DNA of 64,000 nucleotides from Patescibacteria group bacterium (GTDB taxonomy: Bacteria > Acidobacteriota > Aminicenantia > UBA2199). This document shows positions 53,441 through 63,466 of the stretch, in pieces (within the stretch, counting starts at the first letter, position 1; every line of letters starts with the position of its first letter). Both the position numbers and the translations under genes were made by a program. The stretch covers positions 419-64,418 of the forward strand of contig DATKZA010000014.1 in the NCBI GenBank assembly GCA_035528155.1, in the 5' to 3' direction. The notes beneath the pieces were generated by a model. It searched no databases and was not told where the DNA came from. It was given only the letters and a program-made list of their open reading frames with translations.

Positions 53441-55468
53441 GTGAAGAAAAAATTATTGGGGGGAATACCCCAACATACAAAAACAGGTATTGCCCTGATT
53501 CTGGCAGTTTGCTATCTATTTTTGCGGGGGATATTGCCGCCTCCGGCACCATGGGGAATTCTGCTGGGCAGCGAATTGACGATTTTCTCACTTCTGGTTG
53601 CCTGGACATGGGCAGGAAGCGGTTTCTTTAACAAAAAAAAAGAAAAGCCCTTAGCCGTTGTTTTTATTATAACAATTCTTGATTTATTGATTGTCATTCT
53701 TTTCGTCATTTGGCACAGCTGGGATTTTCAGCCCGCGCTCAAGGGTGAAGTGTCTTTTTTTGTTCGTCTGGCCGCCATTTTATTGTTAATTTTATTGACC
53801 GCAATCCTGGGCCTGATTTTTTCCGCCTTGCGGGAATTGTTTTTTTTGAAAAAAACACGCCAACCCGGCTGGTTTTTCGAAGCCATGCTGGTCTGTTTCC
53901 TCTTTTCCTTTTTCGCTCCGATCATCGCGGCCGTGGCCGTTCCTTTTTTCATGAGCATTTCCATTTGTTTCATGGTGCTGAATTCATTCCGGGTGAAATG
54001 GATCGCGTTCCTGGTAAAAAAACAAAAAAAACAGTTGACTGTCCTGGCCGGCTTGTCACTTGGCATTTTTATAGCCAACGCCATTCTGATCTTCGACAGC
54101 CCGCTCATAGCAGCGATGATTCAGCCTTTGTCTCCAGGACTTTTCCAGCTTGGGAAAATCATCCTGCTTTATGGGGCTTGCTACTCCGGGGTCATCCTGT
54201 TTGCCACTCTCTTTCATTTGCCCACTGCTGACGCCTATGACCGCAAGGCCGAAGAATTCGCCTCGCTGGTCGATTTGAGCCAATCGATCACCGGCACGAT
54301 GGAATTCAGGGAATTGGCTGAAAAAGTCACCACGGTTACCGCCGGAGTGTGCCACAGCGATTATTCCTGGCTGTTGATCATTCAAAATGATGATTTCAGC
54401 GTCCCGGCTGCCTTCAATATCGGCAGCCGCGAGGCCCGCGAGCTCAGCCTCGCTCTTTTGGGTGATACCGTGCCGGATAACCGGACGGTGAAGATTTTCC
54501 GGGATAAAAAGTTGAAAATTCACATCCAAAATGATGTCCTAAATTTTTCGTTCAGTTCGCTGGCCATCGCTCCCCTGCGGGTCAAGAACCGGACCACCGG
54601 GTATTTGTTCATGGCCATCAAAAAGGATTCATTTTTTGAAGAAGATGATATCCAGACCATCAAGGCTTTTGCCAATTCCGCGGCCATGGCTTTGGAAAAC
54701 GCACGCATGCTGGAAACCCGCCTGGAAAAGGAAAGATTGCTCAAGGAGTTGGAGGTGGCCCGGGTGATGCAGCAGCGCTTGCTGCCACAATCCGTACCGC
54801 AAGCAGCATGCGCCGATATCGCTGTCTATTTCTCGCCCGCCTATGAAGTCGGCGGCGATTATTACGATTTTTTTCTCCAGGATGACCGGCGCTTGGGATT
54901 TGTCATTGCCGACGTATCAGGAAAGGGATTGGCTGCCGCTTTCATTATGGCGGAGTTGAAGGGGATTTTTGAATCCCTGGCCGGTGTGATCAACGATCCC
55001 GGCCAACTGCTGGCCAAGGCCAACGAGGTTTTAAGAAAAAGTCTGGAAAAAAATCGTTTTGTGTCAGCCAGTTACGGCTTGATTGATACCCAATCCATGG
55101 TCCTGCGCGTGGCCCGGGCCGGACATATGCCTTTTTTCTTGAGTTCCGGCGGCAGGATCGAAACCCATGTGCCGCCGGGATTGGCTTTGGGTGCGGCCGC
55201 TGAACCGCTTTTCAGCGAAAAACTCAAGGAAATAACCATTGCGCTTCACACAGGTGATATGATTGTTTTCATTACCGATGGAATTTCCGAGGCCAAGAAC
55301 CTGATCGGCAATGAATTCGGTTACGAGCGTTTGCAGGGTGTCATCCAGTCCAATCCAGATGTCGGCGCCGAAGCATTGACGGAATTCATCATGGAAGAAG
55401 TCAAAGCCTTTGCCAATCAGCCGGTCCAGTATGATGATATTACTTTGCTGGTCATTAAAATCAAGTAA
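53441..55468 (+). CDS. Membrane-bound sensor phosphatase: polytopic N-terminus + GAF-like domain + PP2C/SpoIIE domain
   Basis: 675 aa with a GTG start and ~8 TM helices. PP2C motifs GGDYYDFF, VIADVSGKGLAAAF, FITDGISEA and DDITLLVIKI. Confidence 0.8.
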   Translation: MKKKLLGGIPQHTKTGIALILAVCYLFLRGILPPPAPWGILLGSELTIFSLLVAWTWAGSGFFNKKKEKPLAVVFIITILDLLIVILFVIWHSWDFQPALKGEVSFFVRLAAILLLILLTAILGLIFSALRELFFLKKTRQPGWFFEAMLVCFLFSFFAPIIAAVAVPFFMSISICFMVLNSFRVKWIAFLVKKQKKQLTVLAGLSLGIFIANAILIFDSPLIAAMIQPLSPGLFQLGKIILLYGACYSGVILFATLFHLPTADAYDRKAEEFASLVDLSQSITGTMEFRELAEKVTTVTAGVCHSDYSWLLIIQNDDFSVPAAFNIGSREARELSLALLGDTVPDNRTVKIFRDKKLKIHIQNDVLNFSFSSLAIAPLRVKNRTTGYLFMAIKKDSFFEEDDIQTIKAFANSAAMALENARMLETRLEKERLLKELEVARVMQQRLLPQSVPQAACADIAVYFSPAYEVGGDYYDFFLQDDRRLGFVIADVSGKGLAAAFIMAELKGIFESLAGVINDPGQLLAKANEVLRKSLEKNRFVSASYGLIDTQSMVLRVARAGHMPFFLSSGGRIETHVPPGLALGAAAEPLFSEKLKEITIALHTGDMIVFITDGISEAKNLIGNEFGYERLQGVIQSNPDVGAEALTEFIMEEVKAFANQPVQYDDITLLVIKIK

Positions 55469-55492
55469 GCCATCTCCCGGTTTCTGCTTTTG

Positions 55493-57055
55493 TTAAAGGT
55501 TGAAAACGGTTTGCTCTTTTGAAAATTCGATCTGTTTGGCTTGGAGACTGGTCCCCTCGATTTTTTCCAGGCGGGCCAGGGACAAGCTGTAATCGCACAA
55601 GGCCCGCAGCTCGGTGCTCTTGGCCAGGGTAAAATCACGCTGGTATTGCAAAACCATGAAGCTGGTACTTAAACCGGCGGCTTGACGCTTTTCCTCGGCA
55701 GTCAGTTTTTTTTCGGCAAGTTCACGGGCGAAACGGGTGGCCTGGATACGCTGGAAGTTGCTGGCCACGGAACGGGCAACGGTGGAAAGCTCCAGGCTGA
55801 TTTGCCGTTCCATATCGAGACGGCGCAATTGCGCTTCGCGGCGCTCCATCCGGGCCGCGGAATAGGCCCCGCGTGAAAACAAAGTATTCAATGGAATGTC
55901 CAGCGAAAGGTAAATCGACCAGTTTTTATAGTTGAACTCCATGGCGTTTTTAAAGGCGTCGGCCACCGCTCCCGGGATGACTCCGATCACTTCACCGGTC
56001 AGGGGGTTGTCGTCACGATACACGATCCGCGTCCCTGACAAGCCGGGGCTCCAGTATTGAAGGTTGAGATTCAAAGCCGGCAGCAGCTGGTTTTTGGCGT
56101 ATCCCAGTTCCAAATTCTTGCTGGCGAGGGCGATGCCGGTATTCAGGTAGTCGGGCCGGTTGGCCAGTGCCAACCGCAGAGCTTCTTGTGTGTCCACTGT
56201 TCTTTCATCGCGGCGCGGATCGTCGCCCGGGCGGATCATGATCCCGGACCCTCCGTTTTCAGCCCCCAGGTTTATCGTGGAGTACAGTTCGTCGCGGCTG
56301 TTTTCCAGCAAGGCCCGGGCTTCCAGGATTTCTGCCTGGCGGCTGGCCTTTTCGGCTTCGGCGCTCAGAATTTCAATTTCCGCGAGGACTCCCAGTTCGG
56401 CCATTTTCATGTTTTTTTTCAGTAGATCCTCTGCCAGCTGTAAGGCTTGGTTCTTCGCTTCCAGGTTGCGTTCGGCAAAAACCAGATTCCAATAGAGTTC
56501 CTCGACCCGGTACACGGTGTCCAGCAGTGCCGTTTTCAATTCGTTGGCCGAGATGTTGCGGTTGTGGCCGGTGATGATGATGTTCTTGCGGCTGATGCGG
56601 TTTCCCATGTCGCGCAGCAGGGGCTGCACCAGTCTGAACACCACCGCGCCCTCGTAACGGGGGTTGATGGTCTGGAAGCGCTGATTGCTTTCATATTGGC
56701 TGGTATCAACGTTGAGCATAAAGCTGCCGCCCAACCATAATGCCTGGGTAAGCTGGCCGGAGAGTTGCTGGCTTTCGGCGCTGATGGCCCCTTCGGCTTC
56801 GATCCATGAATAAGAAGGAGTGTTGGTCTTGGCTTTGCCGAGCTGGAAAGCCAAAACCGGCAGGAATTTTTCCTTTGCTTGGCTTAGCAGACCTTCCTGG
56901 CGTTCGACCTGCACCACCTTGATTCCCAGGGCGATATTGTTTTTCAAGGCGATGACCAGGCATTCTTGTAGCGAAAATGTTCTTTCCTCGGCCCCGAAGG
57001 AAAACATGCCCAACAGGACAAAGAGCAACAACAAAATAATGAGCAGCCTTTTCAT
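55493..57055 (-). CDS. TolC-family outer membrane efflux protein
   Basis: 520 aa with a signal peptide. Two repeats of the TolC coiled-coil/beta pattern (L.ECL..AL.NN..L..., ...A...L..A...). Confidence 0.85.
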   Translation of the reverse strand: MKRLLIILLLLFVLLGMFSFGAEERTFSLQECLVIALKNNIALGIKVVQVERQEGLLSQAKEKFLPVLAFQLGKAKTNTPSYSWIEAEGAISAESQQLSGQLTQALWLGGSFMLNVDTSQYESNQRFQTINPRYEGAVVFRLVQPLLRDMGNRISRKNIIITGHNRNISANELKTALLDTVYRVEELYWNLVFAERNLEAKNQALQLAEDLLKKNMKMAELGVLAEIEILSAEAEKASRQAEILEARALLENSRDELYSTINLGAENGGSGIMIRPGDDPRRDERTVDTQEALRLALANRPDYLNTGIALASKNLELGYAKNQLLPALNLNLQYWSPGLSGTRIVYRDDNPLTGEVIGVIPGAVADAFKNAMEFNYKNWSIYLSLDIPLNTLFSRGAYSAARMERREAQLRRLDMERQISLELSTVARSVASNFQRIQATRFARELAEKKLTAEEKRQAAGLSTSFMVLQYQRDFTLAKSTELRALCDYSLSLARLEKIEGTSLQAKQIEFSKEQTVFNL

Positions 57056-57786
57056 GCTTTCTCCATACTTTTTTTCTTGCGGACTCCGGTCTCCGGTTTC
57101 CCGTTTCCCATCGCTGTTTTTGCTTCGCTTTCCATCCAGCCGTCCAGGAGGTGGATGACGCGGTCGGAATAGGATGCGTTCTTCTCAGAGTGGGTGACCT
57201 GGATAATGGTTGTCCCTTCTTTGTTGAGCTTTTTGAACAGCTCCATGATTTCCTCGCCCTGCCTGGAGTTCAGGTTGCCGGTCGGCTCATCGGCCAGGAT
57301 CAATTTCGGATTGATGATCACGGCCCGGGCCACGGCCACCAGTTGCTGCTGTCCACCCGACAGCTGGTTCGGGAAAAGGTTTTTCTTGGCCACGATGCGG
57401 AAGCGGTCCAGGGTATCGGCCACCAGGCTTTTGCGTTCGTCGGACTTGACTTTTTTATAGAGCAGGGGAGTCTCCAGATTTTCGTAGACCGTGAGTTCAT
57501 CAATCAGGTGGTAGCTTTGAAAAACGAAACCGATATTCTGCTGGTGGATCTGGGTACGCTTTTTTTCATTCAAAGAGTGGACCGGTTGGTCATAAAAGTG
57601 ATATTGACCTTCCGATGCCTCATCGAGCATGCCGATGATATAGAGCAGGGTTGATTTTCCGGCTCCGGATGGGCCCATGATGGTCAGGAATTCCCCTTCT
57701 TGCATGTCCAGGTCGATATTTCTGAGCACAAAAGTTTTGACGAAGCCGCTGCTGTAAAACTTGGTGATACCCCTCAATTTGATCAT
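57052..57786 (-). CDS. ABC transporter ATP-binding protein (MacB/LolD-type)
   Basis: Walker A GPSGAGKST, signature LSGGQQQ, Walker B ILADEPTGNLD-like. A ~20-aa basic C-terminal tail. ATGA overlap with tolC. Confidence 0.9.
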   Translation of the reverse strand: MIKLRGITKFYSSGFVKTFVLRNIDLDMQEGEFLTIMGPSGAGKSTLLYIIGMLDEASEGQYHFYDQPVHSLNEKKRTQIHQQNIGFVFQSYHLIDELTVYENLETPLLYKKVKSDERKSLVADTLDRFRIVAKKNLFPNQLSGGQQQLVAVARAVIINPKLILADEPTGNLNSRQGEEIMELFKKLNKEGTTIIQVTHSEKNASYSDRVIHLLDGWMESEAKTAMGNGKPETGVRKKKSMEKA

Positions 57787-57836
57787 GGCTGTTTCTCCCT
57801 ATTTTGTTCCTGGCAAAACCTGCAGGTTTTCATTTA

Positions 57837-58118
57837 TCAGTTCTGGCTGCCACTCTCATCGGCATCCACACGGCGGAACGTGACCGGGATGTTGCTTTCG
57901 GTCGGCGAACCGATGGTCACCAGCTGCCAGTCTCGGTCGTGCTCGCGGATCACTTTTCTCAAGACTCTCACTTTATCCTCGGAAGTAGGATCGCTGTTTT
58001 CCCAATTGACGATTTCCACCCGGTAATGCAGCGTTTTTTTCCTGCCGTTGATACGGACCTCGATTTCAACGTTTTGTTCGGCTTCCATGGTCGGGATCTG
58101 TAAAACCACTTCTTTCAT
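57837..58118 (-). CDS. Small hypothetical protein (93 aa) within the ABC operon
   Basis: MKEVVLQIPTMEAEQNVEIEVRINGRKK... The ATG at 58118 lies 1 nt after the previous stop, and GGAGG sits in the upstream gene's last codons. No family recognised. Confidence 0.45.
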   Translation of the reverse strand: MKEVVLQIPTMEAEQNVEIEVRINGRKKTLHYRVEIVNWENSDPTSEDKVRVLRKVIREHDRDWQLVTIGSPTESNIPVTFRRVDADESGSQN

Positions 58119-58119
58119 T

Positions 58120-58371
58120 TTAACCTCCACAAGGCTCAGTTTTTTGATCAACTCCTTCCACGGTTTTAAGCTTGTACAACACCCGACCGAGATAGCCGGC
58201 TTCGTTGATTTCGGCGATATAGAGCCCGGGCTGCATGTGGGCGCTTGTCTTGAGCCGGGTTTCGGAAAGGTTTTCCAGCAGGACCTCCGCTTGCCATTCA
58301 TTCTGGTTGTCGGCGAGCAGAACCTGGGTCTTTTCGCTGACCAGCTTCTGCAAAATATCTTTCAAACTCAT
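58120..58371 (-). CDS. Small hypothetical protein (83 aa) within the ABC operon
   Basis: MSLKDILQKLVSEKTQVLLADNQ... GGGAGG lies 7 nt upstream of the ATG at 58371. No family recognised. Confidence 0.45.
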   Translation of the reverse strand: MSLKDILQKLVSEKTQVLLADNQNEWQAEVLLENLSETRLKTSAHMQPGLYIAEINEAGYLGRVLYKLKTVEGVDQKTEPCGG

Positions 58372-58654
58372 GTTTTTGCCTCCCGGGCATTTTTTGAATG
58401 CCGGATCCACAGAATAATAAGCAAAAATGATGCCAAGCGCACAAGAAGGGGTTTATTAAAAACCCTTGTGGGGAAAGGCTTTCCGCGAGAAGATCCGGGG
58501 CTTCATATCCTTCCCGCTCTCGTCCTGTCCGCTATTGAACCATCCGTGTCCGCTGGCGGACACCATGGCCGGAGAAGGCAGACTGGAAACCGGAAGAAAA
58601 AGGTTGTTTCATATTCCTGATTCCGTTCTTTCGGTCTCCGGTTTTCCATTTCTT

Positions 58655-61006
58655 TCATTCATAACGCAGGCTGTCCACCGGGTTGGCGCGGGCGGCGCGG
58701 GCGGTCTGGAACCAGACTGCGCTGGAAGCAAAAAAGGCGCTCAAACCACCGGTCAGAACAAAGATCATCGGATTGATGGAGGCGTGGTAATAATAGCCCT
58801 GTAGCCAGCGCGACATCAGATAATAGCCCAAGGGCCAAGCAATGGCATTGGCGATGGCCACCCATTTTGAGAAATCACGGATGAACAAGCCGGCAATACG
58901 CAGCGGGGAGGCCCCGAGTATCTTGCGTATGCCGATCTCCTTTGTTTTTTCCTCGGCCATGAAGGATGACAGGCTGATCAGGCCCAGGCAGCAGATCAGG
59001 ATGGCGATCAGCGTGAAGGCCATGAAGATTCTTCCCTGTTGCTTGTCTTTGAGGTAGAGGCTGTTGAAATCCTGATCAAGGAAATGGGGCTCGAAACTGA
59101 AATTGGGATTTATCTTGCGCCAGGCATCCTTGAAATATGCGAGTGCCTGGGCAAGCCTTCCCGGCCTGATTTTTGCTACCAGCAGCCCGCGGCTGCCGCC
59201 CACTTCACGCAGGGTCAGCAGCAATGGTTTGATGGGATCGTTCAGGGGCCGGAAGTTGAAATTCTTCACCACACCGATGATCGTTCCCTTCTGGCGCCAG
59301 AAATTGACGGATTTTCCGATGGGATCCTTGATCCCCATTTGCCGGACGGCTTCTTCATTGACTATGACATTGTTCTCATCGCTGGGCAGCTCCTTGGAAA
59401 AATTCCTGCCTTGCACCATCTTCATCCCGAAGGTCGGAATGAAATCGCAGTCACCTGAGGAGAAAGCCACCGGCAACTCTTTTCCCGCCGGCCTGCCTTC
59501 CCAATCCAGCCCGTCCCATTGCACGAAGATCTGTGAAGGCAGGTAGCGACAGGAAGTGACGTTTACGATGTCGGGGCTGGCCATAATTTCTCTCTTGACC
59601 ATTTCCGCCCGCCGGCGGCTGTCACCATGCATCTGGATGTAAACCAGATCAGACCGGTCCAGGCCCATGTCCTTTTCCTGGATGAAATGGATCTGTTCTT
59701 TGATGGTCAGGGTGCCGATGATCAGCATGGCGGACAGGGAGAACTGAAAAATCACCAACCCCTTGCGGAGCGTTTCATTCCTGGCGGGGAACAAGGAACG
59801 CATGCCGGCTCCGGCGGCCGGGGCGCGGCTAAGGATGATCGCCGGATAACCTCCAGCAGTCATTCCGACCAGAAGCGACAGGACAAACATTTTGATCAGC
59901 CATCCCGGATGGAACAGTTCCGGGTTCATGCCGCTCTGCGCCAGTTCCCGGAAATAAGGCAAAAGGATCTTGACCAGTCCCAGGGATCCCCAAAAGGCGA
60001 TCGTGGAACTGAGCAGGGATTCGATAACAAATTGGATCCCGATCTGGGAACGTGTGCTCCCCAGAGTTTTTCTTACTCCCACTTCCTTGCAACGCCGCTC
60101 AAAGCGGGCCGTGGCCAGGTTCATGAAGTTGATGCAGGCGATCAGCAGGATGAACACGGCGATGATCGAAAAAATCCGTATATTTTTCATCTGGCCATCC
60201 GTGCCATCCGGCCGGTACAGATGGATGTGCTCAAGTTTCTGCAAATGCAGCTTCACCTTGCGGTCCGGAGTGAATTCGCTCATCAAACCGGCGATTTTAT
60301 TCTCCACTGCCGCGGACGAGCAATTTTTGCCAAGCTGGATATAAGTGGGATAATTGTTTCCGCGCCAGTTGGCTTCCAGTGCGGCCAGGTCGGCGTTGAA
60401 ACGCGGATAGGATTGAAAACTGATAAAAAAATCGTATTGAAAATCGGAAGCCGCGGGAATGTGAACGACTCCGGATACGGCAAAATCCGCCCGGTTGCTG
60501 AGGGCGAGAGTTTTGCCCATCGGGTTTTCCTTTCCGAAATATTTCTCGGCCATGCGGTCGCTGATCACAATGGAGGCTGGATCGTCCAGGGCATGGGCCG
60601 GATTTCCTTTGGTAAAGGGAAATGAAAAAATGGAGAAGAAAGACGGATCGACGAAAAGGAAGCCCAATTCACTGTGAATTTTGTCCTGATAGCGAACCAT
60701 GAAATCGTCGGTTGCCGTCCGGGTTACGGCGATGATCTCCGGAAAACGCTCTACCAGGGCCCGGCCCAGGGGAAAAGGCATCCAGGGGTGGTTTTCCACT
60801 CCGTTCTCGTGGGATTCTTCCATGATCACCCGATAGATGCGGTCGGCGTTGGCATGGAAACGGTCAAAGCTTGTTTCATGCTGGACCCAGAGCAGAATCA
60901 GGAACGAGCAGGCCATGCCCACGGCCAGGCCGAAGATGTTGATGAGCGAGTATCCTTTCTGGAGGATGATGTTGCGCCAGGCGATTTTAAAATAATTTTT
61001 CAGCAT
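58655..61006 (-). CDS. ABC transporter permease, duplicated MacB-periplasmic-domain/FtsX architecture (~780 aa, 'ADOP'-like)
   Basis: MLKNYFKIAWRNIILQKGYSLINIFGLAVGMA... Two FtsX 4-TM modules. C-terminal ARANPVDSLRYE. Confidence 0.9.
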   Translation of the reverse strand: MLKNYFKIAWRNIILQKGYSLINIFGLAVGMACSFLILLWVQHETSFDRFHANADRIYRVIMEESHENGVENHPWMPFPLGRALVERFPEIIAVTRTATDDFMVRYQDKIHSELGFLFVDPSFFSIFSFPFTKGNPAHALDDPASIVISDRMAEKYFGKENPMGKTLALSNRADFAVSGVVHIPAASDFQYDFFISFQSYPRFNADLAALEANWRGNNYPTYIQLGKNCSSAAVENKIAGLMSEFTPDRKVKLHLQKLEHIHLYRPDGTDGQMKNIRIFSIIAVFILLIACINFMNLATARFERRCKEVGVRKTLGSTRSQIGIQFVIESLLSSTIAFWGSLGLVKILLPYFRELAQSGMNPELFHPGWLIKMFVLSLLVGMTAGGYPAIILSRAPAAGAGMRSLFPARNETLRKGLVIFQFSLSAMLIIGTLTIKEQIHFIQEKDMGLDRSDLVYIQMHGDSRRRAEMVKREIMASPDIVNVTSCRYLPSQIFVQWDGLDWEGRPAGKELPVAFSSGDCDFIPTFGMKMVQGRNFSKELPSDENNVIVNEEAVRQMGIKDPIGKSVNFWRQKGTIIGVVKNFNFRPLNDPIKPLLLTLREVGGSRGLLVAKIRPGRLAQALAYFKDAWRKINPNFSFEPHFLDQDFNSLYLKDKQQGRIFMAFTLIAILICCLGLISLSSFMAEEKTKEIGIRKILGASPLRIAGLFIRDFSKWVAIANAIAWPLGYYLMSRWLQGYYYHASINPMIFVLTGGLSAFFASSAVWFQTARAARANPVDSLRYE

Positions 61007-61015
61007 GGTTCGCTC

Positions 61016-63466
61016 CTATTCGTATCGCAGGCTGTCCACCGGGTTGGCGCGGGCGGCGCGAATGGCTTGGTAACCGACCGTCAGCAAGGCGATGGCCAGT
61101 CCCAGCAGGCCCGAGAGCACGAATACGGTAACGTTGATTGAAGTGCGGTAGGCGAAATTTTGCAGCCAGCGCTGCATCAGGTAATAGGCGACAGGCCAGG
61201 CAATGAGATTGGCCAGGCCGACCAGCAGGACGTAATCCCTGACCAATAAAAGGGCCATTTCATGAATGGCTGCGCCGAGAACTTTGCGGATGCCGATCTC
61301 CTTGGTTCTTTTCGCTGCTGAAAAAGAGGCCAGCCCGAACAGGCCCAGGCAGCCGATGAAAACGGCCAGTGCGGCAAAAATGGCAAAGATGCTGCCGATT
61401 CTCATTTCGGATTCATATAGCATATTGAGGCTTTCGTCCAGGAAGGCATACTCAAAGGGTTCGCCGGGCAGCAGGGCTGTCCATTTTCGTTTCAATGTCT
61501 TGATGACAGCGGCGATTTGGCCGGGTTTCAGGCGCATGACCAGGTTGCCCAGGCTTTGCCCGCGGCGCAGCACCAGCGGCGCGATGGCTTCGCGCAGCGA
61601 TTCGTAATGAAAATCCTCGACTACGCCGATGACCGTGCAGGGAACCTGGACCATGGCTCCCGGCTTCTCCGCATCCATATCCATCATGATCAGCGTTTGT
61701 CCCAAGGGCTTTTTCAAGCCGAAATGGCGCACGGCGGCCTGGTTGATGAGAACGGTCTGGGCGTCGCCGCTGAATTGGGCCGAGAAATTGCGGCCGGCGA
61801 CGATCTTCATGCCCAGCGTGGCGATGTAATCTTCATCGATCTGCCAGAATGAAATCGGGAAAGCCTGCCTGGGATTGGGATTGTCGGCGCGGGCGATCGG
61901 CATCCTGGCGCGCGCCGAGGGGATGGGGAGGTAGCTGGAAAGGGTGGCGCTGACCACTTGGGGGACCTTCGCCAGTTCCTGCTTCAATGTTTCGGCATGG
62001 TTCCCCAGGAGTTGGCTGTGACGCAGGATCAACACCTGCTCCTTGTCGAAGCCGAGCTTCTTGTTCTGGATGTAATGCAATTGCCGGAAGACGACGATGG
62101 TGCCGATGATCATGACCGCTGAAACGGCGAACTGGAAAACGACCAGCCCGCGTCGCAGCCGGCCCTTTCCGGCTCCGCTCCCGGCCTGGCCGCGCAGGAT
62201 GGAAGCGGGACGGAAAGCCGAGAGCAGGAAAGCGGGATAAGCCCCGGCCATGATCGTCACCAGCAGTGTCAGAGCCAAGACGGCGGCGATCGCCGCAGGA
62301 TTCGCCAGAGCCGAAACCGCCAGCTCCTTGGCGGTCAAGCTGTTGAAAAGCGGCAGTATGATCACCAGCAAAAGGCAGGCGACTGCCAAGGCCAGCAGGC
62401 ACAGCACCAGCGATTCGGTCAGGAATTGCTTGATCAGGTCCAGGCGGAATGAGCCCAGGACCTTGCGCAGTCCCACTTCCTTGGCGCGTGAGATGGAACG
62501 GGCGGTGGAGAGGTTGACGAAATTGATGATGGCCAGGATCAGGATGAAGAGTGAGACCGCGCTGAAGAGAAAGATGTATTTGATGTCGCTGTTGGGTTCG
62601 AATTCGCCGCCGTCATAATTGGAATGGAGGTGGATGGCGGCCAACGGCTGCAGGGAGTAATTCAGTTTCATTTTGGCCTTGGTCATGAAATCTTCCAGAG
62701 AAATTCCCATGAATTGCTTGATCTCCGGAGCCAGGTGTGTCGCGAACAACAGCGGCAATTTGGCTTCCAGGCCCGAGGCCGAGGCGCCCGGGCGCAGCAG
62801 CAGATAGGTCTGGAAATTGAAGCTCATCCAGGAACCCATGGATGGATCCGTTGTTAAATCCAGGGTGGAAAACGAGGCGATCAAGTCGAAGTGAAAATGC
62901 GATGTTCGCGGGATATCGGCGAAAACGCCGCTGACCTGCCAGTCATCCTTGTCATCGATGCGCAAGGTCCTGCCGACGGGATCGGCCGCGCCGAAATATT
63001 TTTCAGCCGTCGTTTTGCTGAGCACGACGGTCCGCGGCGCCGCCAGCACGGCCTGGCGATCCCCTTTGAGCAGCGGCACCGAGAAAACGTCAAAAAAAGA
63101 AGGATCGCTGTAGATCACCCGCTTTTCCCGGAAGACGGTCGCCCCGACCTGGACCTTGGCACTGCCTTCCTCGCGGAAGCGCACGGCGTTTTCGACCTCC
63201 GGGAATTCCTCCACCATGGTCTTTGCCGCCGGCGCCCCGGCGCCGACGATATTGATCTCCACGCCATCGCGAACCATGCGCGTCGTGATCCGGAAAATGC
63301 GTTCGGACTTTTCATGAAAGCGGTCATAGCTCAATTCGTCCTGGATATACAGGAAGGCCAGCAGGCAGGCGGCGATGCCGATGGCCAGGCCCGATAGGGT
63401 GATCAGGGTATAGCCCTTGGAGCGCGACAAATTTCTGAAAGCCACCTTGAAGTAGTTTTTGAACAT
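61016..63466 (-). CDS. ABC transporter permease paralog (816 aa, duplicated FtsX)
   Basis: MFKNYFKVAFRNLSRSKGYTLITLSGLAIGIA... Same architecture and the same C-terminal ARANPVDSLRYE. Confidence 0.9.
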   Translation of the reverse strand: MFKNYFKVAFRNLSRSKGYTLITLSGLAIGIAACLLAFLYIQDELSYDRFHEKSERIFRITTRMVRDGVEINIVGAGAPAAKTMVEEFPEVENAVRFREEGSAKVQVGATVFREKRVIYSDPSFFDVFSVPLLKGDRQAVLAAPRTVVLSKTTAEKYFGAADPVGRTLRIDDKDDWQVSGVFADIPRTSHFHFDLIASFSTLDLTTDPSMGSWMSFNFQTYLLLRPGASASGLEAKLPLLFATHLAPEIKQFMGISLEDFMTKAKMKLNYSLQPLAAIHLHSNYDGGEFEPNSDIKYIFLFSAVSLFILILAIINFVNLSTARSISRAKEVGLRKVLGSFRLDLIKQFLTESLVLCLLALAVACLLLVIILPLFNSLTAKELAVSALANPAAIAAVLALTLLVTIMAGAYPAFLLSAFRPASILRGQAGSGAGKGRLRRGLVVFQFAVSAVMIIGTIVVFRQLHYIQNKKLGFDKEQVLILRHSQLLGNHAETLKQELAKVPQVVSATLSSYLPIPSARARMPIARADNPNPRQAFPISFWQIDEDYIATLGMKIVAGRNFSAQFSGDAQTVLINQAAVRHFGLKKPLGQTLIMMDMDAEKPGAMVQVPCTVIGVVEDFHYESLREAIAPLVLRRGQSLGNLVMRLKPGQIAAVIKTLKRKWTALLPGEPFEYAFLDESLNMLYESEMRIGSIFAIFAALAVFIGCLGLFGLASFSAAKRTKEIGIRKVLGAAIHEMALLLVRDYVLLVGLANLIAWPVAYYLMQRWLQNFAYRTSINVTVFVLSGLLGLAIALLTVGYQAIRAARANPVDSLRYE

